From Eledone cirrhosa (Eukaryota): a stretch of 64,000 bases of DNA. The DNA lies in the NCBI GenBank assembly GCA_964016885.1, contig OZ024741.1, forward strand, positions 394,630,001-394,694,000. The letters are read 5' to 3'. The notes under the pieces were generated by a model. It did no database searches. It had not been told where the DNA came from and saw only the letters and a program-made list of their open reading frames with translations. Within the stretch, counting starts at the first letter, position 1; each line of letters begins with the position of its first letter. Both the position numbers and the translations under genes were made by a program. Shown one piece after another: positions 46,816 through 61,484 of the stretch.

Positions 46816-48368
46816 TTTTTCATTGAACATGAAACTGAAAGCTTCATCCTTCGCTTGTCATATGGACGCTTTAAAATATCTAGCTGGCACTTTTAACAAT
46901 TTTACTGGCATTTTCTCTTCGCAAATGAAAGTATTTGAGAACGAAAGATTTCAACAAAGGAACTAAAATGGACAGTAGTGTGCCGGCTAGGTGTTGGCAG
47001 TATTGGTAGAGTGTCGAAAAAAATGCTTTGTGGCAAATCCCGCCTAGGTTACCTTTGCCTTTCATCCTTAAGGTGTCGATAAAATAAAGTACCAGTAACG
47101 CACTGGGGTCAATTTAATCGACTTCCCCCTCCCAAAAACTGTTGGCCTTGTATTTAAATCAGAAACCATTATTTCAATCGAACCCAAACATTTTGCCATG
47201 GCATCCACGATCAACGTGAGCAATGCATAAGTGGGTATTAAATACTCAAGTGTGTAAATTATAAATAGAGCCATTAACAGCAAATAAAAGAGATTGGATT
47301 GCTTATTCATCGAAATGATGGCATTCCTCTTGGTGAATGATGGATTTGAGCAACTGGCGATCTTTCGTAAGTGGTAGATGGAATGTAAACAACGAAATCG
47401 ACACTCTCTGATATTCTCTGCATACGAAGATCGCATATATATATGTGTGTGTATGAATAAATTATATTTATATTTATATATATATATATATATATATATA
47501 GGCGATCTTTGGTATAGAGATAATGTTCATTTCCTTGTTTACATTCGGTCTACGACCTCGGAAACGAAAAGACACATCGACTTCTTCCATTATCCAATAT
47601 GTGCTTTACTGGGACGGTATAATTCGATTTGATGGGCATTTGACTGTTATTTCCAATAAATTGAACCACTGCACAGTAGCTTTCCTCGTTGGTTCGAGAT
47701 ATAAATATTAAATGTATATCATGATATAATGAAAATTGTGTACAGTGCACCTGAGCACTGTAAATATCAAAAACGTGTAGATGTAAATATTTAAACAAAT
47801 TGTTAACAATTTGAAAAATTATGATAATTTATATACATACATACTTTAGGATTTACAAGAGAAAAAGTGCTCAATATCAAAGTAGAGTATAATTAATAAT
47901 TCATTACAGTACTGAGATTATTCTCTGTTGCAATTCTAAGTTTCGTGATTGCTTGAGTGATGAGCGAGCAATCACGATACCAAGTACTACAATAAATAAC
48001 TAATTTAGCAATTTTTATTTTTAACCAGATTTTAGTTCTGTTGAAAGAGTAACCAAGGAAGACTCATTTTTTACGAAAAGGCGCCAAAGACGGGATGCTC
48101 ACGGTTAGATTGCCCTTAAATCATATATCTGCTCAATCGGGATTGAACTAGGGTCAAACAACACTAACATATTTACATCTGTCAGTGTAAATGTAAATAT
48201 TTTAAAATGTCTCATCTATAAAAAGTAGGTTAAATAATCTGAAAATTGCTGGTCGTATCAACAACCTATTTCAAACATTTGCAGTCTTGATTTTTTAAAA
48301 TAAAAATTCAGTGCATGATTTAAACATCATGATCAAATGGATATTAATAAAAAGTAATCTTACTTTAC

Positions 48369-48452
48369 CTCCGGTGGTAAGGAACTATTATTTAAAGGTA
48401 CTTTGTCACTTAGGTGACAAGACGTTGCGAAGAAATCATCCAGATTCTTCAT
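48369..48452 (-). CDS. GTPBP2: GTP-binding protein 2, coding exon 1 (MKNLDDFFATSCHLSDKVPLNNSSLPPE)
   Basis: ATG at 48452; 84 nt open; ends LPPE|gtaaag and joins the next exon to give the conserved LPPE-x-E-x-GNIEYK motif of GTPBP2. Confidence 0.8.
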
Positions 48453-49110
48453 ATTTCGATTATCTGGTTCGACTATATCGATAATCAAGTCGTTCGTATG
48501 TGTATAAACAATGAATAGATGATGTAGTCAAGTGAATTGTATCCATAAGTACGTCGCTTCCTGATACAAGTGATATCTGTTGCAATTAGTGCGTTGACGA
48601 TTTCTTAGCTTTCCATAGTTAAACGCAGTGGCGCTAATGTATGGAGAAATAAATAGTGCCAAGGAAAATAACTCTTTCCCTTGCCTACTAATCAATTTGG
48701 ACTCTTTCCTCCTCTCTCTCTTAACAATATTGTTGTATTAAATTGCGTCACATCTCTTTTTTTTTCGTGCTTGCTTGGGAAATTGATAACTATTTCAAAA
48801 CAAACAGTACTATGGCGAAATGTTATATATTTCATAAGATTACGCAATGTAAGGTATTGGAGATGTCTGTGTGTCGATCTGGATACGTATCAGCGAAGAT
48901 GCTAATTATTACAGAGAGTTAAGAATTACAGAAGATTCCTCTACTGCGTCAATGATGGAGAAGTTGCTAGTGCCAAGATGTGTAAACATTGAAATCCTCG
49001 AAGACGATGACTTCAGGGATGAGTGAACCGATATCTATAATATGACTGAGGGAAAATGTCAGGGTGGCGTCCTGCTTCCTAAATACACACACGATAGTAT
49101 TTCACCAGGG
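48453..49110. promoter_or_regulatory. Probable GTPBP2 promoter/5' UTR, possibly bidirectional
   Basis: Repeat-free, relatively CpG-rich stretch directly upstream of the ATG; TATCGATA (DRE-like) at 48476-48483 and an ETS-like CGCTTCCTG near 48555. Confidence 0.45.
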
Positions 49111-49544
49111 TAATACAGATAGTTTTTAAAAAATTTTAAATCGAGATTATTCATGTAATTAGTAAATAAAATCTCCATTGGGGGTGTTTAAAATTAAAAT
49201 TTTTTTTAATATGGAAGGGAGACAACTCCAAAATCAATTTAAATTTTGGAAAATATAAACAATGCAGTATGGGACTTGAACAAAAGCATAGTCTGTAGGC
49301 TAGTTGTGCTTATAAATGTGTAGCTTGTCTTGCGAACTTCACAAATACTGAACTTGAATGAGTAACTATCAGAATACACGAAGGATTCTGCCAGAGATAT
49401 ATCAATGTTATTTAATTAAGGTAACAATCGGTGGTGATATCACTTCGGAGGATGGAATACATCATCTTTCAAGATTTGCTAAAAAAAAAAATAATAATTA
49501 GAATGAACTTACTACTGCTGATTAACAATATCTCACAATATACA

Positions 49545-51150
49545 GGTTATTTTTTTAACATTATAAATATTAAACTTTATTTGTCAACATAACTGTCATC
49601 ATAATATTACAAATAAAAAGAGGAAAAGGAAAGGAAAAAAGAAAAAAAAACACAAGCAAGTAATACACACATCCAGGACCACATACAACAAAAGGCAGGC
49701 TAAGGGGTGGACAAACGAACCGCTACCAGAACAGAAGATAACGATATCGTGAGGAGCAATCAGAAACCCCTCTAATAATTTTGGAGGCAAGCCAGAATGC
49801 TTACAGTGTTACCTCGAGTGATGGCGAGGCTGATGTGCTGGAACAACCAAGCTCCTTCATGGGCACCACCAGTTACCTCAGTTAAGCGAGCTGCCAGTGA
49901 AGACAAGAACCTCGCAGTTAGCAGTCCAACTCCTCCAAATATCTCAAATGCCACAGGCTAGAAAAGGTAGTTAACTGACAGATCTCGGTATTTCAGAATT
50001 TTGCTCTATTAGCTACGGAAGCTGTAGCTCTCATCCTAACTGCAGCATCCAGGATATGGGAAGAAGCAAAAGAGTCACTAACTGTGATGTCCCAGATAAG
50101 ACACCTGCCTCTTATTCAAGGGCACAGGGTAAGTCCGTCAGGCCTTTTCCCATCAATTCTGGACAACCCATACAGTTCCAAAATAGAGGGGATGTTGGCC
50201 TGGGGCAAAGCTCTCTTCATGTGGTTTAGCTCAATCTGATGTGCAAAGTAACCAGCAAGATAGACGGTGGAGTCGAAGAACCTACTACACCAACATTTCA
50301 GACCTGTACAGACATCAGCTTCCACTCTGAGGGCAATGGAGACACAAAGCTCAAGCTGAGTAAGCCACCAACGTTAGCCATGAGTAAGGCATCAACCCAA
50401 TCACTTGAGTATTTGATGCTAGTAAGTGGCACCTTGAGGACTGATCTGATTGGTCGAATAGAGAGTCAAAGGTGGCCTTCAAATGTATGCTGTTCCAAAC
50501 TCTCTGGTCCATTTGTCCTCCACCTTGTCAGGAACAGACAAACCCAACTCTCTCCATTGTAAAAGAGTTTCATCCATCTCCCTGTTGTAACTTCTCCATG
50601 TTGGAAAGGAGAGAATGTTGTAAGTATGGGTGGAGGAAAGGAATCAAAGGAAGGAGAGGGACGAGCATTTATGTAGATTAATGCCTCCAAATCACTTGGG
50701 CAACACACCCTGACCACAGGACTCTGAAGAGAGTCTGACATTGACCAAGTACTCGAGTCTCTTGAAGATTAAATCGTCGAAACATTAAAGACATGACGAA
50801 AATCTCTGAGATGGGCTAACCCTGAGCATATTTAGTAGCTTAGGAATTGATAGGTAATTCCTGAGTATGAAAAACCCTTGATGGGGCTCGATTGCTTCAG
50901 TGTTTTTCAATAATTTCTCAATGCCAACTATCTTGGAATGGAAAATTGACTCAAAAGCAAAGTCTGTAATTGGGGCTCCTTAGGAGCACCGTGCTGATGG
51001 GGGATGAGCTGCAATGGAAGGGAAGGACTTTGCAAACTGGTCAATTGTCTGTTGATGTTGAGAAGCTGGGTGGTTAAGAATCCAGAGCACACATTTGGAG
51101 CTATTGACCTGGAAACCCACGACGATGGGGGACAAAATTATCGACAGGTC
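49545..51150 (-). mobile_element. CRE-like non-LTR retrotransposon 3' part (RT thumb plus restriction-like endonuclease), degenerate
   Basis: LRNYLSIPKLLNMLR; GLSRIDGKRPDGLTLCP..LIWDITV; VAFEIFGG..WLFQHISLAITRGN. Confidence 0.85.
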
Positions 51151-51266
51151 TTGAAAACACTAAAATCTCATTGCTCATTTTTCTTGACCTTTCACAACAA
51201 AAAATATATTTCAAGCCAAGCAAAGCGAGAGGTTCGCATCGCAATCAAGTCACTATGGTATTTGTA

Positions 51267-51390
51267 ATCTATATATAAATTTGAATGACTTTCATCTGTC
51301 CGTTCGTCTGTCCTTCCATCACACACTAGAGATGATTGAGGAAGGAAGGGGTGATGACAAACTACAGAAAACCGTCTAACATTCACTACA
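51267..51390 (+). mobile_element. Possible non-autonomous Helitron 5' end
   Basis: A|TCTATATATAAA followed by (CTGT/CCGT)n-like repeats; a similar end lies on the minus strand at about 45145-45187. Confidence 0.35.
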
Positions 51391-51529
51391 TTTGTGTATG
51401 TGTATGTGCATGTTTGTGTGAATGTATGCCTGTGAGTGTGTATTTTTGTAAGTGTGTGTTTGCGTGTTTATATTGATATATACTCATACACATGTGTTGA
51501 AAAAAATTCTAGTATGTTAAAATTGAAAC

Positions 51530-53375
51530 AAACAATGAAATACTTTTGCATGTGATGAAATTCCAGCCCTCATAGTGACACGAGGCATTGAGCAGAATGT
51601 TGCGTGTTAGCAGCAATGGAAACCCATAGCAGTTGACAGCGATCAACGAATGGAAAGGGGAGGAGAGCTCCCATAGATGCTTGACCATGGGCATTCAAAG
51701 GCCAATGCTTCAGGTGTCAGTGTCCACACATGGCAAGGGTTGCAAGGAGCTGAAGCCTGAAATGATTTGCTACCAATGTAAGTAGGCACACCACATCATC
51801 AATAATTGTGACCAGGGAAATGGTCAAAGGGGAGTTACTGCACTGGTAGCTACCCTCTGGAAGCAAGTAGAGGGCAGTCAATGGCAGGGAGATTAGATAC
51901 AGAGGGAGCAGAGAGGTGGAGATGTCAGTACAAAGAATAAAAATAAGGCTGTGGGCGATCGTGATCGACCACGTGGTGGATGGAATTGATGTGGTAATGG
52001 ATATGGATGTTATTGGCTGCTTAGGTGTTACAGTGAATGAGGATAAGGTTTGGTAACATGGGAACATCATGTGCCATGAGTGTGCAACAGGGAACGGAGA
52101 TCCATGAAGAAAAATGTGCTGTTCATATCATACAAGACAAGGATTTCAGGGCTGTGTTCAATGATCAACAGTGGATAGTGAGTTGTACTGGAAAGGAGAG
52201 CCCCCGATGTTGAAGAACATAGTGAGCTGCTATCAACATACTCTGAAAGGGGATGCTAGAAGCAAGTTTGAAGGAGAGGTTGAAAAATGGATCCAGGAGG
52301 GCATATTAATCCCTTGGAAGGAGCAGATAAAGAGCAGAGTGTTGTCGTTAATGGCAATAGTGCAACCAACGAAGAACAAGGTCAGGCCGGTGCTGGACTT
52401 TCATAGACTGAATGAACACGTGTCACACAGGCGGCAAAGTCATAGATATCTGTGGGGAAACCTTGCAAGAGTGGAGACAAATGATAGGGGCCTCCACGAT
52501 TGTCGGCATATCTGCAGCTACATGTAGCTGAAAAATTGGAAGTATCAGCTGATCAGGTATAACAGCCAGACATACTGTCTGACTAGGCGAGGGTTTGGGT
52601 TGAATTCAGCACCAAAGATCATGGCGACACTCCTCAAGGCCATTCTGGGGAATGTAGACAAGGTGAAGAGGGCCACCGATTCCTACATCGTATCTTGGTA
52701 GATGAGACGATGTTGTCAGCAGAGATCTGAAGCCACCAGGTTTGGGTTAACCATGAAACCACCGAAGGTGATGGAAGGATGAGCTGCACTGGACTGAAGC
52801 TGTCAAAAGAAGAGACGAGCACATTGGTATTTCAGAGGGGAAACGAAGTACCAGAATTGGGCACCAGCATGGACAGGCAAGAACTTTTCTCAATGTGTGG
52901 TAAATTGGTGGGCCACTATCCAATTGTGGGATGGCTCTGAACAGCATGCAGCTATGTCAAGAGATGAGCAGATGGGCTGAGCTGAAGAGACAGAGTGGGA
53001 GAGAGGATGGTGGCCATGATGTGAGAGATTTGGAGAGGGCAAACGTGGAGGACTCAGTAAGAGGAAGCTGGTATGTACCCAAATCAGAGAACGGGACCAT
53101 ATGATGTGATGCCAACAGCAGAGTGCTAGGGGTTGTTCTGGAAATAGGGGCATTGAGATTGAGGATGCAGCCTGTCTTAGGAAGAAGGATGACTGCAACC
53201 ACATCAACGTGGTTGAATTCGAAATATTCTTCGAGCAGGGCCCTGTGGATGAACTGTTAACAGTGGATAACAACACAGCATTTTGCTCTGAGGTGCTGAG
53301 GGAGATACTTGATGGGTGGAATGTGAGCCACTTCTTCAGAACAGCATACAGGCCAAGTGGAAATGGGATCATTTG
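51530..53375 (+). mobile_element. Degenerate Ty3/Gypsy-like LTR retrotransposon pol (PR-RT-RH-IN order), internally deleted
   Basis: KNKVRPVLDFHRLNEHV, YCLTRRGFGLNSAPKIM, CDAN..EDAACLRKKDDCNHINVVE fused to FFEQGPVDELLTVDNNTAF..YRPSGNGI; no LTRs seen. Confidence 0.8.
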
Positions 53376-55109
53376 CACACCATTGTCAGAGAAAAAAAAT
53401 AATGAGAGATACACTACAAGCATGGAATGTTCGTTTCCCTCTAAATATTTTTGTGACAAGTCAAGACACACAACATTACCGCAGGTCAAGCTCTCATGAG
53501 TTTCACCTGATACTTCACTAAGGCGAGTCACTAGCAACGGCTCAGCTACCTCAAACATCATGACTGCTGAAGTATTTTAATGACTGAATCTGGTCTAGGA
53601 AACGACACTAAAATGTAAGTTTGATTTTTGATAGAGTGGTGACAACTCCAGAGATGTTTCCCTGTCATAAGATGTCAACAGTCTAATCGTATTACCAGAT
53701 TTTACAATGTCTATAGGAAATAGAGAAATTTCCTGTGTGAACGGTTAATAGCATATAACATAAATGAATGACTGAAAAAAATACCTAGAGACTCCAATTG
53801 CACTGAAAGCATATAGTAAAATAAACATTAAAATATTTAATACTGTGAACCAATAAATTTGAATTATGTCAAATGTTATTGTGTCAAAATATATATGAAA
53901 GTAATAAAGAAATTCTAAATTTCTTTTTTTCTTTTTGACAATATAGGCATACTTTTTCCAAATCAGGGAAGTAAACACAAACTAGGCAAACTAAATGTAG
54001 AAAATAGTGATTTTTAATTTAGGCACAAGGCTCGAAATTTGGGGGAAGGAAAAACCAATTAAATTGATTTGGTACTTTATTTTATCGAGCCCAGAGGGGT
54101 AAAAGGTAAAGTTCACTTTGGTGGGATTTGAACTCAGAATATAAAGGATGGTAACTAAATGATGCAAAGCATTTTTCCCAATGCTCTAATGATTCTGCCA
54201 ATCTACTGCCATGCGTAAAAGAAAATAATAAAGAGAAAAACATTGAAAATGTTCAAATTATATGAAAAGTGCAAGAAAAGACTCTGCAATGAAGGTTGTA
54301 TTTGATGATTTTATACAAAAATGGTTGACGTAGATGGCCAAAGTATACCAATACTTAAACGAATTGTAGTACACATTGCACATGCATCAGGTGCAGCTTG
54401 TAATTGTGACAATACATTGGGTGTTAGCTCAAGTGCAGTGAAATTTTACATGAATCTATACTAGTGTTTGCACACACTGTTGTTTCTTTATGTTATCCAA
54501 ATATAATAAGTAAATTTGTGCATCGCTTTGCTTTCTTTGCTGTCATCTATGTGTGTTGTGAACGTTGAGGAAGAGTTATGCAGAGTGTTTCATAAGTAAC
54601 ACCTAACATTTTAATTACTTTCCAGATAAAGATGTAAAACAAAATTAACAAACTTTTACTATATAATGAGAGAATTAACAATAGAAAAATCCATTCATTT
54701 GTTTTTTAATCTAATTTGATACCTTTCAATCAACTTCACTGCAAATCTTTTAGGCACTGCTTGACTGGTGGACTGAGGCAGCAAATTGACAGAGTAGTTA
54801 GAATGCTTTGAGATATTGGTTTTGGCTCTCTGAGTTCAAATTCCTCCAAAGTCAACTTTGCCTTTCATTCATTCGAAGTTGATAAAAAAAAAGTACCAGT
54901 CAAGTACTGGGGTCAATTCTTCCTCTATATTTCTTTCTCACTTCCATTCCCTCACTCTCTCTATCCTTCTCTGGAAGAAATCTGCTGTATTCAGACCTGG
55001 AGAGATGGGCTCCACCAGGTTTTGAACTGCCCTAGAAACACTGTATGTCAAAACAGCGCTCCTACAACTTCTTTAGAAGTTTGGGGACTATGTATGGCTG
55101 GTGGACTGC

Positions 55110-55930
55110 AATTCATTGATTGCCAATTACCCCCTCAACAGTGTGCAAAGCTGTTGAATATTAACTGGGCACTTTCTGAATACAATCTTGAGGATTAGTT
55201 GGCCCTTCAACGTACCCATGTCAAGCAATCCATCGAACCATTTAGTAATTTGAAGTGCATAGTGAACAATGTTGAAAATAGAGGCAACGACAGCATACTT
55301 CAAAGTAGACAATTCCTATAACATCTGTATTTATCTCCAAATAGACAGCTCAAAGCCATTACACCGTTCTGCTTATTGGGAACAGGAGATTTTATTTTTA
55401 TTTCATTGACAAATATGTTCTTTAACTAAACTATTAAGCTTAAACTCACTCTCATCAGATCGTAAATTATGATCACAGTTTGTACTTAATAAGAAACACT
55501 TCACAAAACTGCCTTCAATGAGTTATGGTCAATGAGCTTGTCAACTGTTTATAAAAGGAATAGCAAAGCTCCTCAACAGTTCAGTAAAATGAGCTTGAAC
55601 TCATTCCTGTAGTAGCAGTATCTCTATGAATTAATATTAGTTTGCTGATGTTACCAAGAGCTTTTTCAGTCCTAACTGATCACAATTTACTGGATTTTTT
55701 GACACCAGCAACACTTTTTGCCTCCTTAAACCTAAAATATAGAACATTGTTGGTTTGGTGAGCAGGTAGATGATTTGGTGGATCAATGCTTATCTTTTTG
55801 ACACGACTTTACTAGCATTTTCAAATTTCGTCATTGTGATGAGCATTTGAATTTTGTATTCAAGAGACCAAGTTATTATAAAAGGAATAGATTTAACACA
55901 CTGTCTGTACATTTTAAATACAAAACAATT
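55110..55930 (-). mobile_element. Highly degenerate Tc1/mariner-superfamily transposase (rosa/DD41D-like)
   Basis: WSLEYKIQML.., FKEAKSV..SVRT, SDESEFKLN and ..GTLKGQ remnants in the expected order. Confidence 0.5.
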
Positions 55931-56007
55931 TAGTCAATATTGTTCTAGCTTCTGTTGCCAAACGAAATAAAATCCTAAAATACTGGAAACTAGCATATAA
56001 CTATTTT

Positions 56008-56442
56008 TTCCAGTCCGTGGCATTCCAGATGTTTGGTGGTGCTGGGCCACCAACGGCAAAGTTCTTGTCATCGTTGGCAACTCGCCTTACAGAAGTGACA
56101 GGTGATGCCCATGAGGGTGCCTGGTTGTTTCAGTGACTTAACCTCACCATCACTCACTGTAATGCTGCGAGCATGTTGGCTTGCCTCAAAATTTTCCATT
56201 GACCCTTGCGGTATGCAGCTGATTGTCACACTTGGTGGTGAATTGATGGTTGTTTGTTTTTACTTTGCTTTTCTTTATCTCTCATATATTTTTGAGCCTT
56301 ATATTTGTGAGGTTCCTAGCAATAACTACTTGAATTTATTTTATGTTTTTATATTTGTTTATATTTTCATTCTGTAAGAATTATAAACAATTTGTAATGT
56401 TATTTCTACAACTCAATAAAATTAATATTTAATACAAAAAAA
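56008..56442 (+). mobile_element. CRE-like element 3' fragment with AATAAA and A-tail
   Basis: QSVAFQMFGGAGPPTAKFLSSLATRLTEVTGDAHEGAWLFQ; same family as 49772-49954. Confidence 0.8.
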
Positions 56443-56469
56443 GAATTCTAGCAAATTAATCTAAAATAT

Positions 56470-57330
56470 GGAGGTGCTACTTATGAATCACAATGGAACT
56501 CCTTTTATGTATGTCTTCTCTGTGTCTGGTATGTTTACATTGTTGAGTGTGATGGTTGGTTATATCTAGTGTTGCTGATAAAAAAGGATACAGTAGATTT
56601 CATAAATGCTACTTTAAGTATGTTGTTGTGAAGCCACTTTTCTAGGTGATTTAGGTAGGGTTGCAGTAGTTGTTGAATAGTGTCTGAGCAATGATGGAAG
56701 GATGTGAGTGTCATGTCATTTGCATATAAGGTTGTCTGTCTATCTTGTGCATTATGAGAAGCTTGTGTATGTATGGGTTGAAAAGAGTGGTGGATGAGAG
56801 AACATACTCATGATACCTCATTGAGGAAATTGCAGATTTGTTTTTGTACAGTACATAAGCTCAGCAGTTTGAAAATTTGTTTGTTTGCTTGCCAGTGCTT
56901 TGTTTTTTCTTAAGGTGATGTTAAATATTTTTCGTATGAGTGGCTAGCTGGGATTAAAGTCAAAAGCTTTGCAAATGGAATTGTAGATAGATTGGTACAT
57001 ATTTCCTTTGTTAAATTTATGAGTAGTGTGGTTGTTGAGTGCAGTGATCTGAATCCATGCTATGATTTGGAAAGAGAGATGTGTAAAAGTTAGTGATGTC
57101 AAGGGATAGCTTTTTTTGAGGATGCATATAGGAGGGTGATGAGTCTGTGTTTCTTCCCTTGGGCTTTTAATGATCTTTAGAACTTTGATTTGCTCCCAGA
57201 TTCTGAGAATTTAACAGATGTTGGTGAGTGCAGTTATTCTTTCAAACCCAGATGGTTGTAATTTTGTCTGGTTCTTAAGCTTTTGAAGTTTTTAGATTTT
57301 CCTATTGATTTTTTTTGTCTAGATACAAGA
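56470..57330 (-). mobile_element. Very degenerate LINE RT fragment (Jockey/I-like)
   Basis: LSLDI, ILSSTTLFN and YANDMTL remnants on the minus strand. Confidence 0.45.
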
Positions 57331-57339
57331 AGGGGTGAA

Positions 57340-57700
57340 CATAATCCAAATACAGATCCTTTTTTTGATGAAGTCACTGAAGCATTAGATGTAGTCATAT
57401 ATCCTAATGGGAGACTTCAATGCACATCTTGGTACTGACATAGAAAGAAGTGACTGGAAGAAACTGTGATCCCAATCTAAATACGAATCAAGAGGCCTTG
57501 TTGAACTTCTGTCCTAGTAATGGGTTCTCAAGTATGAACACCTTCCAACACAAAGACCTCCATAAATACATATGGTATAAGGGGAAATCAGCAACGGAGA
57601 TAAAAGATTGATTTTGTTATTGTATCTGATCACTTTGATTCTGTGCTGGATGTTCGAGTAAAGAGGGGGGCATGAGCTGTCAACTGATCACCATCTACAA
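57340..57700 (+). mobile_element. Expander/Rex3-type RTE endonuclease fragment
   Basis: LMGDFNAHLG..LLNFC..MNT.FQHK..IDFVIVS..VRVKRG.ELSTDHHL. Confidence 0.7.
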
Positions 57701-60700
57701 CCTAGCTCGACCTAAAGGATAAAATGAGAAGCACTAGCTAAGGAGGTCAGGACTAGATATACGAATATTATCGCATCCAAAATTCAGAATTCCCTGAGCA
57801 AACTAAAGATATTGAACTAGGTAATTAGAACATTGAACTGGATGCAATCATCATTATATCATCAACTGGCTAAGAAACTTAAGTTAAAGTTGATAATGAA
57901 CTAGTAAGGAGTTGAATAATATAAAAAAAAAATTTGTCAAGAACAGATGAAATTATCTTCCTATAGTGAGTGATGTGCATGCTGAGTGTTTTGTAGTTTC
58001 TTTTTTGTTTTTTCATGCAGGTAGGAGAACGTTTAGGAACCCAGGGATAGCTGATGATATATTTTTTAAATACATATGATTTCAAAAAATTAGATATCAT
58101 TTGAGAAGAAAATATCACAGAAATTGTTCATGGAATCCACAAACCTTTGAATTTATCATTCAAATGTTGAGGAATAAATTTCATGTTGCTCATCATTAAG
58201 CATGCTCAGTCTTGTTGTCCTGACATTGTAGTTTCTGGGATTTTACATCTCAACATTTGTTAAACACTCTGTATTATTGTACTAATGTGATTTTTGTTTT
58301 TTATAGTCAAATGAAAGTGCTTGGACCCGTTTAACTGTATATCTGCATCAGTTTTTACGTTTATTAAGACTCAGAAAAAAGTCATTCAGATTATGGTACC
58401 TATTGGTAAGAAACTCTCAGGAGAGCTGGACGGCAGGTCTTCAGAGAAGAAACCAACCCCCTCATGCAAGTGTTTTGGCCCATAACTTCTTAGGGGGCTG
58501 GGCCACATCCAGATCATGATACTTGGGTACCCTTCAGCTGCGTCTTCTCTTGTTACTTACCTACCCTACATCTTTTATTGTTACTTATTCATCTCACTAT
58601 TCTAATAATTCTAACAATACAAAACATTGAATAAATTATTTATCATCATGCCAATCCAAAACAAACTCTATAATCAACTAAATGGAGATATACAAAAATA
58701 TAATCTTTCACATACTCTTTAACCTCTCATAATGTAGATATAATCGTCTCTCCCAAGATTCACAGACGTAATTGCTCATCTCTTTAATGTATATAATTAT
58801 AACATTGTGGCATGTATGTATAGATCTGTAACTCCAGATGGCACCATACCAACATATGGTGATTCTTGAGCATTTTAAACCTGGTGGACTCATCACTTTC
58901 CAGGTTTGAACATAGTCAATTTCTTCCAGAAAAGTTGATGGAATCATAATATAATAAAGGGAGGGTGCGGGACTGTGTCCTGAATATATTTTTTTATCCC
59001 ATTTGTAAAATAAGTTGGATTACTTTGAATAAATAATTGTTTCTACTTTTGGTACAAGGCCAGCAATTATCCCAGTGCATTACTAGTACTTTATTTTATC
59101 GACCCCGTAAAGATGAAAGGCAAAGTTAACCTCGTCGGGATTTGAACTCAAACCATAAAGGGCCGTAACTCTATGTTGCAAAGCATGGCGCCCAACCTTC
59201 TACCAATACTGCCAATCCAACACCTTTTGATTAAATATAAATATTCTTATATTAATATATTCATATATTTGAATTATATATTCTTATATCTTTATATATT
59301 TACATCGTTATATCATAACGTTTATATTTCTGTCACTAATTTTCTCCTTTTTCGTTCTCATTATATTTCACCATAATGCAGTTTATATATAATATCGTCT
59401 TTTTTAAATATACCATGGATTACTTTACTGATTACAGAAGAGAATGTAACACAGTCTCTCTTCAATTTCTGTGCATATTGTCAATTACGATTTTATTTGA
59501 AGTATCATATCTACATGCATGTATATTTGATATAATATCAATATGCACACTACACATGCTAGCAGAAAATCACACGAAGGGTGGTTTTTCTGTTAGTATA
59601 TTTAATACTTTTATTACCATATTTGTAATGTAAGACACTAGAGATTAGATGTGTCTTGTGATAACAAACGCTAAGTGAAATACTGAGAAAATTAGCATTT
59701 ATATAGATGTACCCAAAACACTATGAAGTGATTGGTGAGGAGAAAGGCATTCAATGATAGAAAACTGCCAAACAAAGAGTCAGGAGTACTCTTTAGCTAT
59801 GTCAAAAATATGACAGGTTAGTGCCATGATAAAATGCATCTAGTAGAGTGCATGAATGTATGTAAGCTAGATGTAAGCCTCCAGCCCATCTGAGAGGTCA
59901 GTAGCTCCACTTGAGTACTGAATTGGTCTGTGAAGACCCATCCAACCCTTGTTAAAAGGGAAGATGGATGTTAAATGATAATGATGTTATCAATAAAACT
60001 TCTTAGAAACATCAAATTTTAAAATAAATTTTCTTGTACTTCAATGAAAATATGAGTGAAGCTAATATTTTTCCAGTAGAGTAATCATTGTTTTATAAAG
60101 TAAAGCAACAAAGAAAGAATGAAAAGAAAAGCATTTCAATTTTATTAAGCTATTCACTCCTATTTGCTCTGTTTAAAAAAAATGAAAACACGAAAACAAT
60201 AAATTTCACATTGTTCTAAATAGTAAAACCATTTTAAAACAAAGTATTTTGCAACCGATTATTAATGTTGGAAAAGTGAAAAAATACTGAAAGACTTCTG
60301 TTGGCATGAAAGCAGATACACAATATTGACATTTAATGTCAATATATAACACTCCAGATAATCAAGCAGGAAAGAGAAAGTAGTTAATTGTGAAAATATA
60401 CAAAATAGAACTAAAGTAAAATCTTTATTTTAAGCAATTGATTAGTTTTTCAATTCTTTGAAAATATATATTTTCAAATTTATACTTTTTTTGTTTATGG
60501 AAAGGAAAGGAGCCAATTATGAGATCAGACCACGGAAATGTCTCCATTGGTCTTTCCATTGCTGATGCTATCTGCCAGTCACCATACCTGGCAGAAAGAA
60601 GATAGATTTGAATTCAGAATGTACAGAGTTGGATCAGATGCCAAAAAGCATTGCATCTGACTATAACAATTCCACCAATCCACCACCCTAGCAGAGGTAC

Positions 60701-61453
60701 TTTATTTATCAACCCTGAAAGTTGACATCAGCAGGATTTGAACATAGAACACAGAGAGCATGAATACTGAGGTATTTAATATCTCACTCTAATTACTCTG
60801 CTAATTTGCCATCATTTCCAACAATGCTTTCTTGAGAAATCAATATTCAAAATTGTGAGTTTTAAAGACTTTTCTTTAAAGGAAGGAACAATAAAAAATC
60901 CCAAGTTGTTGATGTACATAATTTGCAGCAATTTTGAAATACAGCATCTTACTCCAAAAGTCAATAAGATAAGAGAATGTGCTAATGTTATAGGGTATAT
61001 TTTTGAAGATTTTTCAGCCATTTTTCTTTATTGCTGTTGCTACTCCCAATTACTAAACAATTGCTAAAAAACAACAACCTAACTATTAGAGTTGTGCTTT
61101 AATTAGTATGCATTTTAAAGAAATCAACGAGTGAAAGAAAAATTATTTATTACACAATAAATTTGTAAAACAAAGAATTTTGATGATTCTTTGAAAGAAG
61201 ACATTTTACAGACAATGCTTGAATGTTTTAAAAATAAACTAGCACCAATATTTTGTTACATATAGAATGAAATAAATTATCACAAGAAATATTTCAGGGC
61301 TTCATCAAACCATTGAAACCAAACTGCTGAATGACATATGGAAAAAGGACAGTGAGATTTTAGGAAAAAAGATTTTAGAATTAAAGATTAAACTAGTACT
61401 GATCAAAGAATACATTTGCATATTTAAAATGAGTGTAAACATGGATAGATAAG

Positions 61454-61484
<31 letters not shown>

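Noticed and set aside
52890-53561. 223-aa minus-strand ORF
   Set aside because: Mostly the antisense of the degenerate LTR-retrotransposon RNase H/integrase region.
53570-53620. Hammerhead-like attttaatg..ctgaatc..gaaac..cactaaaat, or an exon ending at gtaagt
   Set aside because: The core is incomplete and stem II is absent; upstream frames contain stops and I recognise no homology.
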